Origin: a virus
Taxonomy: Duplodnaviria > Caudoviricetes
DNA: 54,815 nt
IMG/VR virus record: IMGVR_UViG_3300021494_000060
Span: 1 to 54,815 of that record
Direction: 5' to 3' (one strand)
Shown piece by piece: positions 1 to 9,456 of the stretch. Below the pieces are notes generated by a model. That model made no database searches. It worked only from the letters and a program-made list of their open reading frames with translations, and was not told the DNA's origin. Numbering within the stretch: position 1 is the first letter of the stretch; the number at the start of each line of letters is the position of its first letter. The translations under genes were made by a program, and so were the position numbers.

Positions 1-766
1 GAAGGATTATGAAATACTTCAAAAATATCTTGTCCAAAGAGATATTGATGCAATTGGTTACAAGGTAAGCTTTGACAGCGAAAGTGAAAAATTCATTGTT
101 AAAAATACTCAGGATGAAATAATTGCTGCTGAATCAAACAGAGACAAAGCATGGTTAACAGCATTTCAGGCTGAAGCCGCTGAATTAACCGAATGGCCGG
201 ATATGGCAAAACATGCCTTGATTGATTTCAGGAAAATGACCCGAAATTTATTTAAACATTATATTAAAGGCATGGAAGATATAATAAAAATGGCAAAAAT
301 GGCTGGAAAACCAGTGCCAAAAGTAAAAACCATTAAAGACGGAAAGATTGTTAAAATAAGCCTGAAAACTGCTATGCAAAAGATGGGCGACCGGCAGGGA
401 TATTATTTCCCGCGCATAAGAGAGTCCGGTGAATGGAGAGTTGAAGGCAAAAAGTCTGGTGTTCCAAGTGAGCTTAAATTCTTTCCAACTAAATTACAAG
501 CAAAACAATACATGCAATCTCTTGAAAGGAAAGGATATACAACAAAATTTACACATAAGGGTTTATTTTCTGAAGATTTATTCCAGACACTTGCACCGCT
601 GTTAGCACAGGAACAGATGATAAACAGTGTAATGGAAAGTATGGCAAAAAACGAAGATTTTGATAGTGCTTTTGCTGAAGTTTTTATTACTCAATATGCA
701 AATGAATTAAAAGGGCATGGCTCTCGCGCAAGGATGATCGGCCGTTCTGATGCAACAGGCATTGAC
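1..766. repeat. Terminal direct repeat, left copy (circular overlap)
   Basis: 1-766 matches 54050-54815 base for base apart from about 14 substitutions and no indels. Confidence 0.97.
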
Positions 767-2554
767 GTAAAAAGAGGCTATGAGACAGATATAATAAAGG
801 CTATAGCAGCAGCTACCGAAGCGGCAGCAGGCGGTTTTGCAAAACAGCAGATAGCAATTAATGGTTTAAAGACAATAACAGGACGTGATCTTTCATGGCC
901 GGAATTTCAGGAAAATAATCCGGCCAAAGATTACTCAGATTATCTGAATGTTGTAAGAAAACGTGGAATGGATGCCGCAAGGCAGCAAAAAGCATATAAA
1001 GAAGCAACTTCTGCATTACAGGATATCCTGAAAAACAGGGAATTTGCCGATAATATTATAGCAACAGCCAAAGGTATGGCTGTTGTATGGTATCTTGGAT
1101 TTCGTGTTTCATCAGCGGCAGTAAATGTTACCAATATGGCAATGGCAGTTCCTGCGGTTATGAATGGAGAATTAAAAGTTCCATTTAAAATTGCTTTTAG
1201 GCATATAATAAATGCAGGAAAGGATTATGGGAAATACAGATTAAAAAAACAGATTTCAGCAGATAAGGCAGCGGTCTTTTCAGAAATAGAAAAAAAGGGT
1301 TATGACGCCCCGCAATTTAACAGGGAAGCACTTGAAGCAATCCAGAACAAATATGCAAAAGCGTGGAACTGGCTGATTGAAAAATCAATGTGGATGTTTG
1401 GAGTAACAGAAAGAATTAACAGGGCAACAACTATTTTCGCCAATTATACAGCTTTATGCGAAAAGACAGGCAAAAAACTTGTTGATAAAGACGGCAATGT
1501 CCATGATGATATTTTAACCAAAGCAAAGGATACTTCTGATCTGGCTCATGGTGTCTATGGGAAAGAAGCAAGGCCATATCACATGAGAGGGGAACATATA
1601 GGTGCAAGAATTTTACAAATGACTTATGTTTTCCAGACTTTTGTCCATAATTATTTGCAGGAAATGCTCAGGCTTGGTCTTGTAAAAAAACAGTATGGCG
1701 CTGCTGCATACATGGCTTTATCCGGTGGGCTATTTGGGGGGATAGGAGCAACTATCCCAATGTTTATATTGAAGATAATCTTCAGCATGTTTGGCGGTGA
1801 TGACCCTGAAGAAGATATAATACAGGCTTTTGGCGGGAGTGATCTTGTAAGATATGGGTTGCCCGGGCTTGCAGGAATATCACTAAAAGGCAGTTTGGCG
1901 ATAAACTTTGATATGCCGGAAACAACTTTTGATTTATTAGGAGCTCCTGGCAGTGTTGTTGCTGATGTTTACGAAGGTACAAAAAATCTAACACAAGGTT
2001 TCTATCAGGAAGGCTTTGAAAAAATTGCACCAACAGCTATCGGTAACCTTTCACGGGGCTTGCGGGAATCAACAGAAGGTGTTACAACAAGAAACGGCAA
2101 GCCTGTATTCTGGGGCAGTGAACGTCTGAAAGGTGATACAGCTGATATGATATTAAGATGGCTGTCTTTCAGTCCTTCCGGCATTACGGAAAAAAGAGAA
2201 ATCCAATGGCATGATTATAAGATAAAATCTAAATACAGAGAGCGAAAAGCTTTACTGTATAAACGATTAAGACAGTTTTACATGGATTCTCCCAATCAAA
2301 GAGACCCTGCTGTTCTGGCTGAAATTATTGCTGATATGAACGATTTTAACGAAGAAATCAAGGCAAAAAATGCTGAAAAACTTGTTCCGTTGATAACAGA
2401 CAGATCAAGAAAGCAAAGCTTGAGATTGATAGAAACTGAAAAGGGAAAGCATAAGTCAACAATAAAACATAAAAATTTCAGTTACAGAACTCATTATGAA
2501 AAGCCTTACTCGCCTAAGAATCCAAAAGAATGGAGATATAAATATGCCAGTTAG
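2..2554 (+). CDS. C-terminal part of the giant DarB-like polyvalent virion protein (continues from 46758)
   Basis: The track ORF 203-2554 is in the same frame as the 46758 ORF once the 54049 offset is applied. It has a helical C-terminal region with hydrophobic segments, as seen in large ejection proteins. Confidence 0.85.
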   Translation, partial: KDYEILQKYLVQRDIDAIGYKVSFDSESEKFIVKNTQDEIIAAESNRDKAWLTAFQAEAAELTEWPDMAKHALIDFRKMTRNLFKHYIKGMEDIIKMAKMAGKPVPKVKTIKDGKIVKISLKTAMQKMGDRQGYYFPRIRESGEWRVEGKKSGVPSELKFFPTKLQAKQYMQSLERKGYTTKFTHKGLFSEDLFQTLAPLLAQEQMINSVMESMAKNEDFDSAFAEVFITQYANELKGHGSRARMIGRSDATGIDVKRGYETDIIKAIAAATEAAAGGFAKQQIAINGLKTITGRDLSWPEFQENNPAKDYSDYLNVVRKRGMDAARQQKAYKEATSALQDILKNREFADNIIATAKGMAVVWYLGFRVSSAAVNVTNMAMAVPAVMNGELKVPFKIAFRHIINAGKDYGKYRLKKQISADKAAVFSEIEKKGYDAPQFNREALEAIQNKYAKAWNWLIEKSMWMFGVTERINRATTIFANYTALCEKTGKKLVDKDGNVHDDILTKAKDTSDLAHGVYGKEARPYHMRGEHIGARILQMTYVFQTFVHNYLQEMLRLGLVKKQYGAAAYMALSGGLFGGIGATIPMFILKIIFSMFGGDDPEEDIIQAFGGSDLVRYGLPGLAGISLKGSLAINFDMPETTFDLLGAPGSVVADVYEGTKNLTQGFYQEGFEKIAPTAIGNLSRGLRESTEGVTTRNGKPVFWGSERLKGDTADMILRWLSFSPSGITEKREIQWHDYKIKSKYRERKALLYKRLRQFYMDSPNQRDPAVLAEIIADMNDFNEEIKAKNAEKLVPLITDRSRKQSLRLIETEKGKHKSTIKHKNFSYRTHYEKPYSPKNPKEWRYKYAS

Positions 2555-2702
2555 AATAAAAAAAGTAAAAGGCGGTTACAGGGTAACACATGGAGGTAAA
2601 GTGTCTGCTAAAAGAACTACGAAGAAAAAAGCAGAAAAGCAAAAAAGATTATTAAATGCTGTAGCTCACGGTTGGAAACCTACTAACAAAAGAAAAAAAT
2701 AA
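2544..2702 (+). CDS. Small basic protein (MPVRIKKVKGGYRV...HGWKP)
   Basis: GGAG RBS before ATG 2544; K/R-rich 52 aa. Confidence 0.7.
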   Translation: MPVRIKKVKGGYRVTHGGKVSAKRTTKKKAEKQKRLLNAVAHGWKPTNKRKK

Positions 2703-2720
2703 CATGGAGAATTTTACAAA

Positions 2721-3224
2721 ATGACTAATGACAAAGCTTTTTCAAGGGGAAGTATCATAACTGTTATAAAACATGAAGATGGCAGGAAGGAAATAAGAAA
2801 AACACATAATTTAATAACAAATGACGGCGATCTTTATTGCACTGAAATGCTTGCAGGAGAAACGCCTACAAATGCTTTTGCAAACTGTGTTCTTGGAACT
2901 GGTTCAACAGCGGCAACCAAATCGGATACTTATGATAGTATGACTCCGATATCAGGATCGGAAAAAGCACCAAGTTCAGGTTATCCGAAAACAAACGATA
3001 CTGATTCTGATAATGATGGAAAGGGTGCGGATATCTGTACATGGAAGTATGAATGGGCAACAGGTGATTTTAACAATTCTGCTGTCCAAGAAGGTTGTAT
3101 AACTATAGCATCACCAACAACAGGCAGTAAAGTTTTTAACCGGTGGGTTGAAAGCTCAGCATATGAAAAATCTTCATCAGCAACATTAACACAATACGTT
3201 AATATTGAAATAACCGGCTCGTGA
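2721..3224 (+). CDS. Putative virion structural protein
   Basis: RBS GGAG; HNLITNDG and LGTGSTAAT motifs and S/T/G-rich composition typical of tail or baseplate-associated proteins. Confidence 0.6.
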   Translation: MTNDKAFSRGSIITVIKHEDGRKEIRKTHNLITNDGDLYCTEMLAGETPTNAFANCVLGTGSTAATKSDTYDSMTPISGSEKAPSSGYPKTNDTDSDNDGKGADICTWKYEWATGDFNNSAVQEGCITIASPTTGSKVFNRWVESSAYEKSSSATLTQYVNIEITGS

Positions 3225-3228
3225 TTAG

Positions 3229-3420
3229 ATGATTCCTGAAATAACAATTACAGCATTAATAGGTATTTTAACAGTAGGTTTTGCAGCCTTTAAGTTTTTA
3301 GACAATAAAATAGAAAAAGAGCAGAATGACCAGCAAAAGATAATGATTGCTCTGGCAAGAATTGAAGAAAAAATTATTGCTATAGAAAAGAAAATGGCTT
3401 CTCTGGAACGTCATATTTAG
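3229..3420 (+). CDS. Small membrane protein with coiled coil (holin-like)
   Basis: N-terminal hydrophobic helix followed by LARIEEKI coiled coil; last gene of the late arm. Confidence 0.5.
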   Translation: MIPEITITALIGILTVGFAAFKFLDNKIEKEQNDQQKIMIALARIEEKIIAIEKKMASLERHI

Positions 3421-3426
3421 ACGCTA

Positions 3427-3477
3427 TAGGGGTTTCACCCCTAAAACCCCAGTTAGGGGTTTCATCCCTAAAACTCC
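3427..3477. repeat. Dispersed GGGG/CCCC hairpin element, two tandem units, at the convergence of the two arms
   Basis: TAGGGGTTTCACCCCTAAAACCCC followed by TAGGGGTTTCATCCCTAAAACTCC. Confidence 0.9.
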
Positions 3478-3503
3478 TATGCCGAAGAAGCCATGCAACA
3501 TCT

Positions 3504-3839
3504 TCACTCAATTTCAGTTAATATTGGCGCAGCAGGCGGTGTGAAGTCATAATTAACTATAACTTCGTTGCTGAAAGCGCTTTCAAGACCATCTGCGGTA
3601 TAGGCTGTAATACCGAAGATATTATCACCGTCTTTTACCCATATCCTGCCTGTCCATTCACGCAGTGCCGGATCTTCAAAGGTCTGGACAAGCTTGTGAT
3701 TGGCGTACAGTTTAAAACCGGCAATTTCAATATCTTCAGGATAAGTCCATGACGCCGTGATTATTTTGCCGTTGCCGGCAGATACCGCAACGGCGCAAGT
3801 AATAATAAAGAATACAATTAAACTAAAAAGTCTTTTCAT
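3504..3839 (-). CDS. Secreted fibronectin type III-like protein
   Basis: Signal peptide, ASW...GFKLY...FGITAY...GLESAFSNEV pattern. Confidence 0.65.
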   Translation of the reverse strand: MKRLFSLIVFFIITCAVAVSAGNGKIITASWTYPEDIEIAGFKLYANHKLVQTFEDPALREWTGRIWVKDGDNIFGITAYTADGLESAFSNEVIVNYDFTPPAAPILTEIE

Positions 3840-3852
3840 TTTTTCTCTCCTT

Positions 3853-4263
3853 TCACGGTGCTATGAGTATTTTTCTTTTTTTAGGTTCAGCAGCGTAATC
3901 TGCAAAATTCGCAACAACCTTATACCATAGTTTAGCCCGCCATTTCCACATACCATCCTGAAGACAAATATTGTAAAAGTTCTTGTCCGCTATGGCTTTA
4001 TATGAAAACGGCAGCAATTTTAACCTGATAAGCTGATAAAGAGCATCATGGACAAGCGAAGCCCTCATGCTTGATTTGGTATCTATAGTGGGGCCGCTTG
4101 CACCGTCCCAAGCGTAACCTTTTTTAATTATAATTCGTCCTCCTGTCAGTTCAATGAAAGGAGTTTTGCAAAAACAATCCTTAATCCCATATCGTCTTAA
4201 TTGAAACTCAAAGGTTTCCTCAAGTCTATACTTATAATATCGTTTACATTTTGAATATATCAC
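3853..4263 (-). CDS. DUF1353-like protein
   Basis: GYAWDGASGP...ASLVHDALYQ...AD motif. Confidence 0.7.
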   Translation of the reverse strand: MIYSKCKRYYKYRLEETFEFQLRRYGIKDCFCKTPFIELTGGRIIIKKGYAWDGASGPTIDTKSSMRASLVHDALYQLIRLKLLPFSYKAIADKNFYNICLQDGMWKWRAKLWYKVVANFADYAAEPKKRKILIAP

Positions 4264-4290
4264 TTTTTCACCTCCATAGGGGTTTCATCC

Positions 4291-5769
4291 CTAAAACCCC
4301 TTTTTTAAATTTATTTCCGCCAATGCAAGCTGACGTCCTATATACATGGCATGGTTTAAATCAGACACAGCCATATCTCTATAAATCTTATGCTGGATTG
4401 ATTCAGCCTTTCTGCCGCGATATTCATGTATTAAAAGACCGTCTTCAGTGCAGTGCCGTGCAATAATCTCATTCTTTTGCTTATCTACAGTAAAATTAAA
4501 GATCCCGTTAGGATCAGTTTTAATCGATGTTTTTCTATTCTTTACCAATAAAGCTGCTCTTGCAATGGTGCTTTCATCTAAGTCTATGCTTATGGAATTG
4601 CTTATAACGGTTATTGCTCCTGATTCCATACCTGTTTTATCTGCCACAAAATCCAGGATAGCCTTTAATCCGTAAAAGTTATATATCCAGGCATCGATAG
4701 CATTATGAGTACGGTAATTAGCAGTTAATGTCAATTTCTTTTCATAATATCGAAAAAAGAGAGACACTAAACATGGTGTGCTTTTCTCACCCCCCATATC
4801 ATTTCCGGTATCCCAAAGCGCTATAAAACATTTGCGGTCTTCGTTATCTTTTAGGAGTCTTTCAATAGCTGTTGTCAAACCATCTATGCCAAAATATGAC
4901 CTGACCCGATGCCCGTATGTATAAGAAACATCCGCAGGTTTTCCACCAGACAGGATATCTTTTTGATACAATTTTATTTTATCTTCGTTGAACCAGTATT
5001 TTAAAAGCCTTTGATCCGGATCTTTAACAGGTTGCTCTACTATGACTCTAACATTCTGTAATTCCTTCCGTCTGCCTTTTGCAAGACGCACGGTTCTGCC
5101 GAAGCGGTAAAGTATAAAAACCAGTTCTTCCCATGCTTGAACTACGTCTTTTTTTGTGATGGTAAAGGACGCTGGACTGCATGGTAAAGTGCTGATGCTG
5201 ACTTCAGGTAAAGGAACTTCTTTACGGCAGCTTAAAGAACGATTAATACTGGATACTCCTGAAAAATATTTCTTGGCAGTTTCAAGATTTTGATTGTCTG
5301 ATAATTCACCAAGATATGTAATTTCAGGTTTAGGTTTAAAATCTTCAGGCTTGACCAGCGAATCAAGTATACGAGTTCTGCCTATAATACGAACTGCCGG
5401 TATTGTTTGATTATTAAAATGATATGGCGAACTTTCCTTAACCTGTTCAACACCCTTGGTAAAAAAAGACACTAAATCCTCTAATGAACCGTAACGATTT
5501 CGCCCACAACAGACTAAATGAGTAATTTGCGGATTATAAAGCAGGTTTCTAATAAGATAAGGAAATCCATTGCCGCGCAGATTGCCAATAACAGCTATTT
5601 TAGAAAGATCAACACCAACTTCTGATAACCGCTTAACAACCCACTCTACACCTGACCAAAGAGTAACAACACCGATAAAACCTTCAGGATTTATTATTTT
5701 TAGTTTGTCTTTAAAATATAAAGGTTTAAATATGTACATGGTATGTTTCATAATTATATCCTGATTCAT
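4291..5769 (-). CDS. Thymidylate synthase-like protein with N-terminal MtrA-like and C-terminal DUF4346-like domains
   Basis: SYTYGHR, PCL catalytic Cys, R-T-H-N; N-terminal VTLWS...GNL...NPQI; C-terminal DPNG...HAMYIGRQL. Confidence 0.75.
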   Translation of the reverse strand: MNQDIIMKHTMYIFKPLYFKDKLKIINPEGFIGVVTLWSGVEWVVKRLSEVGVDLSKIAVIGNLRGNGFPYLIRNLLYNPQITHLVCCGRNRYGSLEDLVSFFTKGVEQVKESSPYHFNNQTIPAVRIIGRTRILDSLVKPEDFKPKPEITYLGELSDNQNLETAKKYFSGVSSINRSLSCRKEVPLPEVSISTLPCSPASFTITKKDVVQAWEELVFILYRFGRTVRLAKGRRKELQNVRVIVEQPVKDPDQRLLKYWFNEDKIKLYQKDILSGGKPADVSYTYGHRVRSYFGIDGLTTAIERLLKDNEDRKCFIALWDTGNDMGGEKSTPCLVSLFFRYYEKKLTLTANYRTHNAIDAWIYNFYGLKAILDFVADKTGMESGAITVISNSISIDLDESTIARAALLVKNRKTSIKTDPNGIFNFTVDKQKNEIIARHCTEDGLLIHEYRGRKAESIQHKIYRDMAVSDLNHAMYIGRQLALAEINLKKGF

Positions 5770-6502
5770 CTACCCCTAATCTTTGGTTTCTCATTTCAAG
5801 ACATTTTTGACATAAACTCCAGTTGCCGTTATGAATATACCCATCACAGTTTTTTGATCTGTATCCTAATATTTCCATAGCCTTGCATTTTCTCAAGTTT
5901 TCCTTTGATTTATTACCTGCTATACGGCCGGATTTATATATCTTCCTTTTTTCCAGCGAACCTGTATAGTTATGATATACTTGCAGCATTCTTTTGCATA
6001 TGCTTCTATTGCAACAGACTCCTTTGGTTGTCCGGCCGCAAATTTTACATCGTCCTATTTTGCGGTAACCATAACGGTATGGTGCAGCATCAAAGTTAAT
6101 ATCAGGAAATACTTTATCAGGATGTTTAGCTTTGAATTCTTCATACCTCTGCCGGTTTCTCTTCTTTCTTCTGTTATCTGCATATATTTTATACCGGCTT
6201 TTGTTATATTTAACATACCTGTAAGATGATAAATAAATCTGTTTGCAAATTTTCCTATCACAAACCTGCCTTTTTGTTCCATTGTAAGAAAATGATATTT
6301 TTCCACAGACTATACATTTGTAAACCAGTTTATAACCTTTACGGTAAGACACAGCATCAAAGTTAATATCAGGAAATGTTTTATCAGGATGCTTGGCCTT
6401 AAATTCTTCGTACCTCTGCCGGTTTCTTTTTTTTCTCCTGTTATCATCAGCTTTTGAACTGGACGGTATTACCTTTTGTATATTTCTTTTTTTTCTGTTC
6501 AT
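5726..6502 (-). CDS. Basic Zn-finger protein with an internal duplication
   Basis: DNRRKKRNRQRYEEFKAKHPDKxFPDINFDA occurs twice, 267 bp apart, each followed by CxxCG...C...C. Confidence 0.65.
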   Translation of the reverse strand: MNRKKRNIQKVIPSSSKADDNRRKKRNRQRYEEFKAKHPDKTFPDINFDAVSYRKGYKLVYKCIVCGKISFSYNGTKRQVCDRKICKQIYLSSYRYVKYNKSRYKIYADNRRKKRNRQRYEEFKAKHPDKVFPDINFDAAPYRYGYRKIGRCKICGRTTKGVCCNRSICKRMLQVYHNYTGSLEKRKIYKSGRIAGNKSKENLRKCKAMEILGYRSKNCDGYIHNGNWSLCQKCLEMRNQRLGVDESGYNYETYHVHI

Positions 6503-6525
6503 TTTTCTTATCCCCGCACTTCTTT

Positions 6526-7578
6526 CTATATTTTTTCGATCTCATTACCCCAACTTGCCCAATCTTTTCTTAAGTTTCGTGCAAAAAGCTCAATTTTACG
6601 TTGTTCTGGATACATGCTTTCTATAATATCGTAAATTTTCGATGGTTTTTTACTGTGTTTGTCTTTATCGGCGAAGAAAACGCTTTCAGGCAGATCCATT
6701 GTCATTGGAAGAAAACTCCCTTTAATTCCAATAAGAATAATTTCATGTTTACTACGGACATAAAACCCTGTGCCGATATAGGACTTTACCCATACCATTG
6801 ATGTTTTAAATTTAAACCCCCAAGCTTCTATTACGGAAATAGCCTCTTTAAGCATCGACGTTGTTGCCCATAGAAAAAGAACAGCATTGTCAAGTGTTAT
6901 TTCTTTTACCGGTAATGCTTGAATTTCTTCTATAGTCATTGTCGGATAATGATCATCTGCTACACCCCTCATTGAAGTGGAGTTTTGAGCATACTGCCAT
7001 GGTGGATCTGCCAACAAAACATTGTATTTGCCCTCTAATTTGCCAGCCGGTATTTTTTTTAATTCCTGTTTTCTTTCAACCCTTTTAATTTCCTTATAAA
7101 TTGCATTTATAGAGCTTTTACCAGTGTTTATCCGCTCTATCTGTTTTTTGTCTGCTTTTTTTACAATAACTTTCGCTTTTTGATAAGTAGTATGCCCGCC
7201 AAATCCCGCTTGCTTTGCTGCAATATCTCTTGTTTTGATATTTTTTAGATTCTTACATTTTCGTTTTTTTAACATATCTTCAACAGCTTTTCCAATAGCA
7301 ACTCTTTCTTCAATATTAAACTGTTTCCGAACTTCATTTTCTGCCAATTCGCCTTCCAAAAGGCTGCTAACATCAACAATTCTTCCCTCAATGCTTTCAT
7401 AACCAAGCAGCTTGCAAGCCTCCATTCTCCGCTGTCCAAAAACCAGTACATTGTTTTGGTCAATTCCTATAGGCTGAAGCAAGCCTTGTTTCTTAATACT
7501 ATCGGCAAGTTTTTGCAAATCTCCCATATCCTTGCGATATCTCGTGCCAATCTTTATATCTTTAATTTTTATTTGCAT
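6526..7578 (-). CDS. ParB-like domain fused to MT-A70 family N6-adenine methyltransferase
   Basis: LADSIKKQGLLQPI...G.RR (ParB/Srx); ADPPW, LFLWAT, HSKKP, IELFAR, WGNE (MT-A70). RBS GGAG before ATG 7578. Confidence 0.9.
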   Translation of the reverse strand: MQIKIKDIKIGTRYRKDMGDLQKLADSIKKQGLLQPIGIDQNNVLVFGQRRMEACKLLGYESIEGRIVDVSSLLEGELAENEVRKQFNIEERVAIGKAVEDMLKKRKCKNLKNIKTRDIAAKQAGFGGHTTYQKAKVIVKKADKKQIERINTGKSSINAIYKEIKRVERKQELKKIPAGKLEGKYNVLLADPPWQYAQNSTSMRGVADDHYPTMTIEEIQALPVKEITLDNAVLFLWATTSMLKEAISVIEAWGFKFKTSMVWVKSYIGTGFYVRSKHEIILIGIKGSFLPMTMDLPESVFFADKDKHSKKPSKIYDIIESMYPEQRKIELFARNLRKDWASWGNEIEKI

Positions 7579-7697
7579 GTTATTTTTTTCTCCATAGGGA
7601 TACCACACTATAACCACCTTATAGCCAATATTAGAGACTTTTTTGATTTAGATATGCTAACCCCTATATATTTAAATTTTAGCGCCTAAAATTAACG

Positions 7698-7865
7698 CTA
7701 CGGCAATCTTTCGCAGTAAAATTTCAGGATTTGGTCAAGCAGTTCGTCTTTTTCGATATCAGGCATTAAAACGTCAAAATCTTCCTTATCCATTATATAG
7801 ACTTTGCCGCCATTTTCCGTGTTTTCCATTAAATAAACCTTGCCGGTTTTTTCGTAAAATTCCAT
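7698..7865 (-). CDS. Small hypothetical protein, 55 aa (MEFYEKTGKVYLMEN...)
   Basis: Open frame filling the gap between neighbours; below the track size cut-off. Confidence 0.55.
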   Translation of the reverse strand: MEFYEKTGKVYLMENTENGGKVYIMDKEDFDVLMPDIEKDELLDQILKFYCERLP

Positions 7866-7869
7866 GTTT

Positions 7870-8643
7870 TTATCTTTCTATTAACTGCTTAAATTGTTCA
7901 TTCCGAACTATTCTATCATCACGAACATCAAAGCCAAGTTTTTTTATTTTTTTCTCGAGTTCTTCGGAGTCCAACACTTCAACGTTATCATTTTCAAGAT
8001 AATATTGAAGATAGTAACCATACACAACGTCCAGATCCAAATCAGTCATTAAGCTTTGGCTCTGCCTGTCTGCTTTTTTTATAATATTGATAATCATTTG
8101 CACTCCAAACAGTTCCGATTTGGTGAATACCGATTCTACTTCATAGCCTCTATCGCGGATATTTTCTCTTCCGCCTTCCTCACGATCAACCAGGACAAGT
8201 ACTTTTACTATATATAAGCCGGATTCTTCAGCTTTATTAATAGCCTGTATGGTTGAACCGCCGGTTGTTATTACATCATCGATTATTACAACACTGTCGC
8301 CAGAATGAATATCCCCTTCAATCCATTTCATTAATCCATGTTTTTTTGGTTCTTTGCGGATTACAAAAGAAATAAGATCAGATTCCTTTTGCCCTGCTAT
8401 CATTGCTGTTGCCTGTGCGATAGGATCAGCGCCCAGTGTTAGTCCACCAATACCTTTAACACTCAAATCCGCAATCATATCATAGATAACATTGCCGGTA
8501 TAAACCATGCCTTTAGAATACAAGGTGGTCATTTTGCAATCTATATAAAACTGGCTCTTCCGCCCAGAGACTAAAGTAAATACCGGCTTATTTGAATATT
8601 TAAAGGACTTTTTGATTAAAAGAGCTCTTAACTTATCTTTCAT
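7870..8643 (-). CDS. pyrE: Orotate phosphoribosyltransferase with a 75-aa C-terminal extension
   Basis: FTLVSGRKSQFYIDCK, GGLTLGADPIA, RKEPKKHG, PRPP loop VVIIDDVITTGGS, VDREEGG. Confidence 0.9.
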   Translation of the reverse strand: MKDKLRALLIKKSFKYSNKPVFTLVSGRKSQFYIDCKMTTLYSKGMVYTGNVIYDMIADLSVKGIGGLTLGADPIAQATAMIAGQKESDLISFVIRKEPKKHGLMKWIEGDIHSGDSVVIIDDVITTGGSTIQAINKAEESGLYIVKVLVLVDREEGGRENIRDRGYEVESVFTKSELFGVQMIINIIKKADRQSQSLMTDLDLDVVYGYYLQYYLENDNVEVLDSEELEKKIKKLGFDVRDDRIVRNEQFKQLIER

Positions 8644-8860
8644 AATAAGCCCTGTTTGTTTCGTTACAAAACTGTATCTGTTTTGCAATTTCAAAAAGTT
8701 TTGTGCTTTTCTCCATAAATCCCATGCCTGAAAAGTTCTTCAAACGTTCATACTGCTTTTCATAAATAGTTTTCGCCCTGTCAATTTTAAGCATTTGTTC
8801 TATATCAGCGTTTTTACCGCAAACAAGAGCCTCTTCCGTGTTTTTAAAAATTTCGCGCAT
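8633..8860 (-). CDS. Hypothetical protein
   Basis: ORF in operon with GGAG RBS. Confidence 0.5.
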   Translation of the reverse strand: MREIFKNTEEALVCGKNADIEQMLKIDRAKTIYEKQYERLKNFSGMGFMEKSTKLFEIAKQIQFCNETNRAYYER

Positions 8861-8863
8861 TTT

Positions 8864-9064
8864 TTACTTCTCCTCTCTTTGTTTGGGGGGTGGAACTTCT
8901 ACAAGAAAATCCAAATCTGCTGCATATTTATCCTGTAATTTTATAGGGGCGTTGCCCATAGGGGTTTCACCCCTAAAACCCCTATAACCCCGTAATTTTA
9001 ATAATATTGCCAATTCAATTATCAAGTTTGCTATTACCAGAACCAATATTATGATCTCAATCAT
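8864..9064 (-). CDS. Small membrane protein carrying an in-frame hairpin-repeat insertion
   Basis: Hydrophobic N-terminus; RGYRGFRGETPMGNAP is encoded by the repeat at 8941-8992. Confidence 0.55.
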   Translation of the reverse strand: MIEIIILVLVIANLIIELAILLKLRGYRGFRGETPMGNAPIKLQDKYAADLDFLVEVPPPKQREEK

Positions 9065-9086
9065 TTTTTATATCCTTAATTTTGTT

Positions 9087-9437
9087 TTATCTTATTTTAA
9101 TTTTTAATCTATTTGCCATTTCCAATATAACTGCATTATCTTTTATTTTGCGTAAAGCATTTTCTGTTTTTTGTTTGATTTTTCCATAATCAAACTTTAC
9201 AGGATTTGCATCTTTGAATCTTTCAAGAAGTTTTCCTGTTTCACGTGGCGAGGCAAGCTTCCAATCACCCCACCAATTGTTATATCTATCTATGACAGGT
9301 ATCCATACTTTGCCTGTTTCAAAATCAATTACATAACAGGATTCAGTAGGTTCAGTCTGCCATGCTTCTTCCATTGATGCATGTTCAGAATGAATATTGT
9401 CCGCACAAATAACAATCTTATCTTTTATTTCGATCAT
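9087..9437 (-). CDS. Hypothetical protein
   Basis: Strong AAGGAGG RBS; 116 aa. Confidence 0.65.
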   Translation of the reverse strand: MIEIKDKIVICADNIHSEHASMEEAWQTEPTESCYVIDFETGKVWIPVIDRYNNWWGDWKLASPRETGKLLERFKDANPVKFDYGKIKQKTENALRKIKDNAVILEMANRLKIKIR

Positions 9438-9456
9438 TTTCCCCTCCTTTTTCTAC

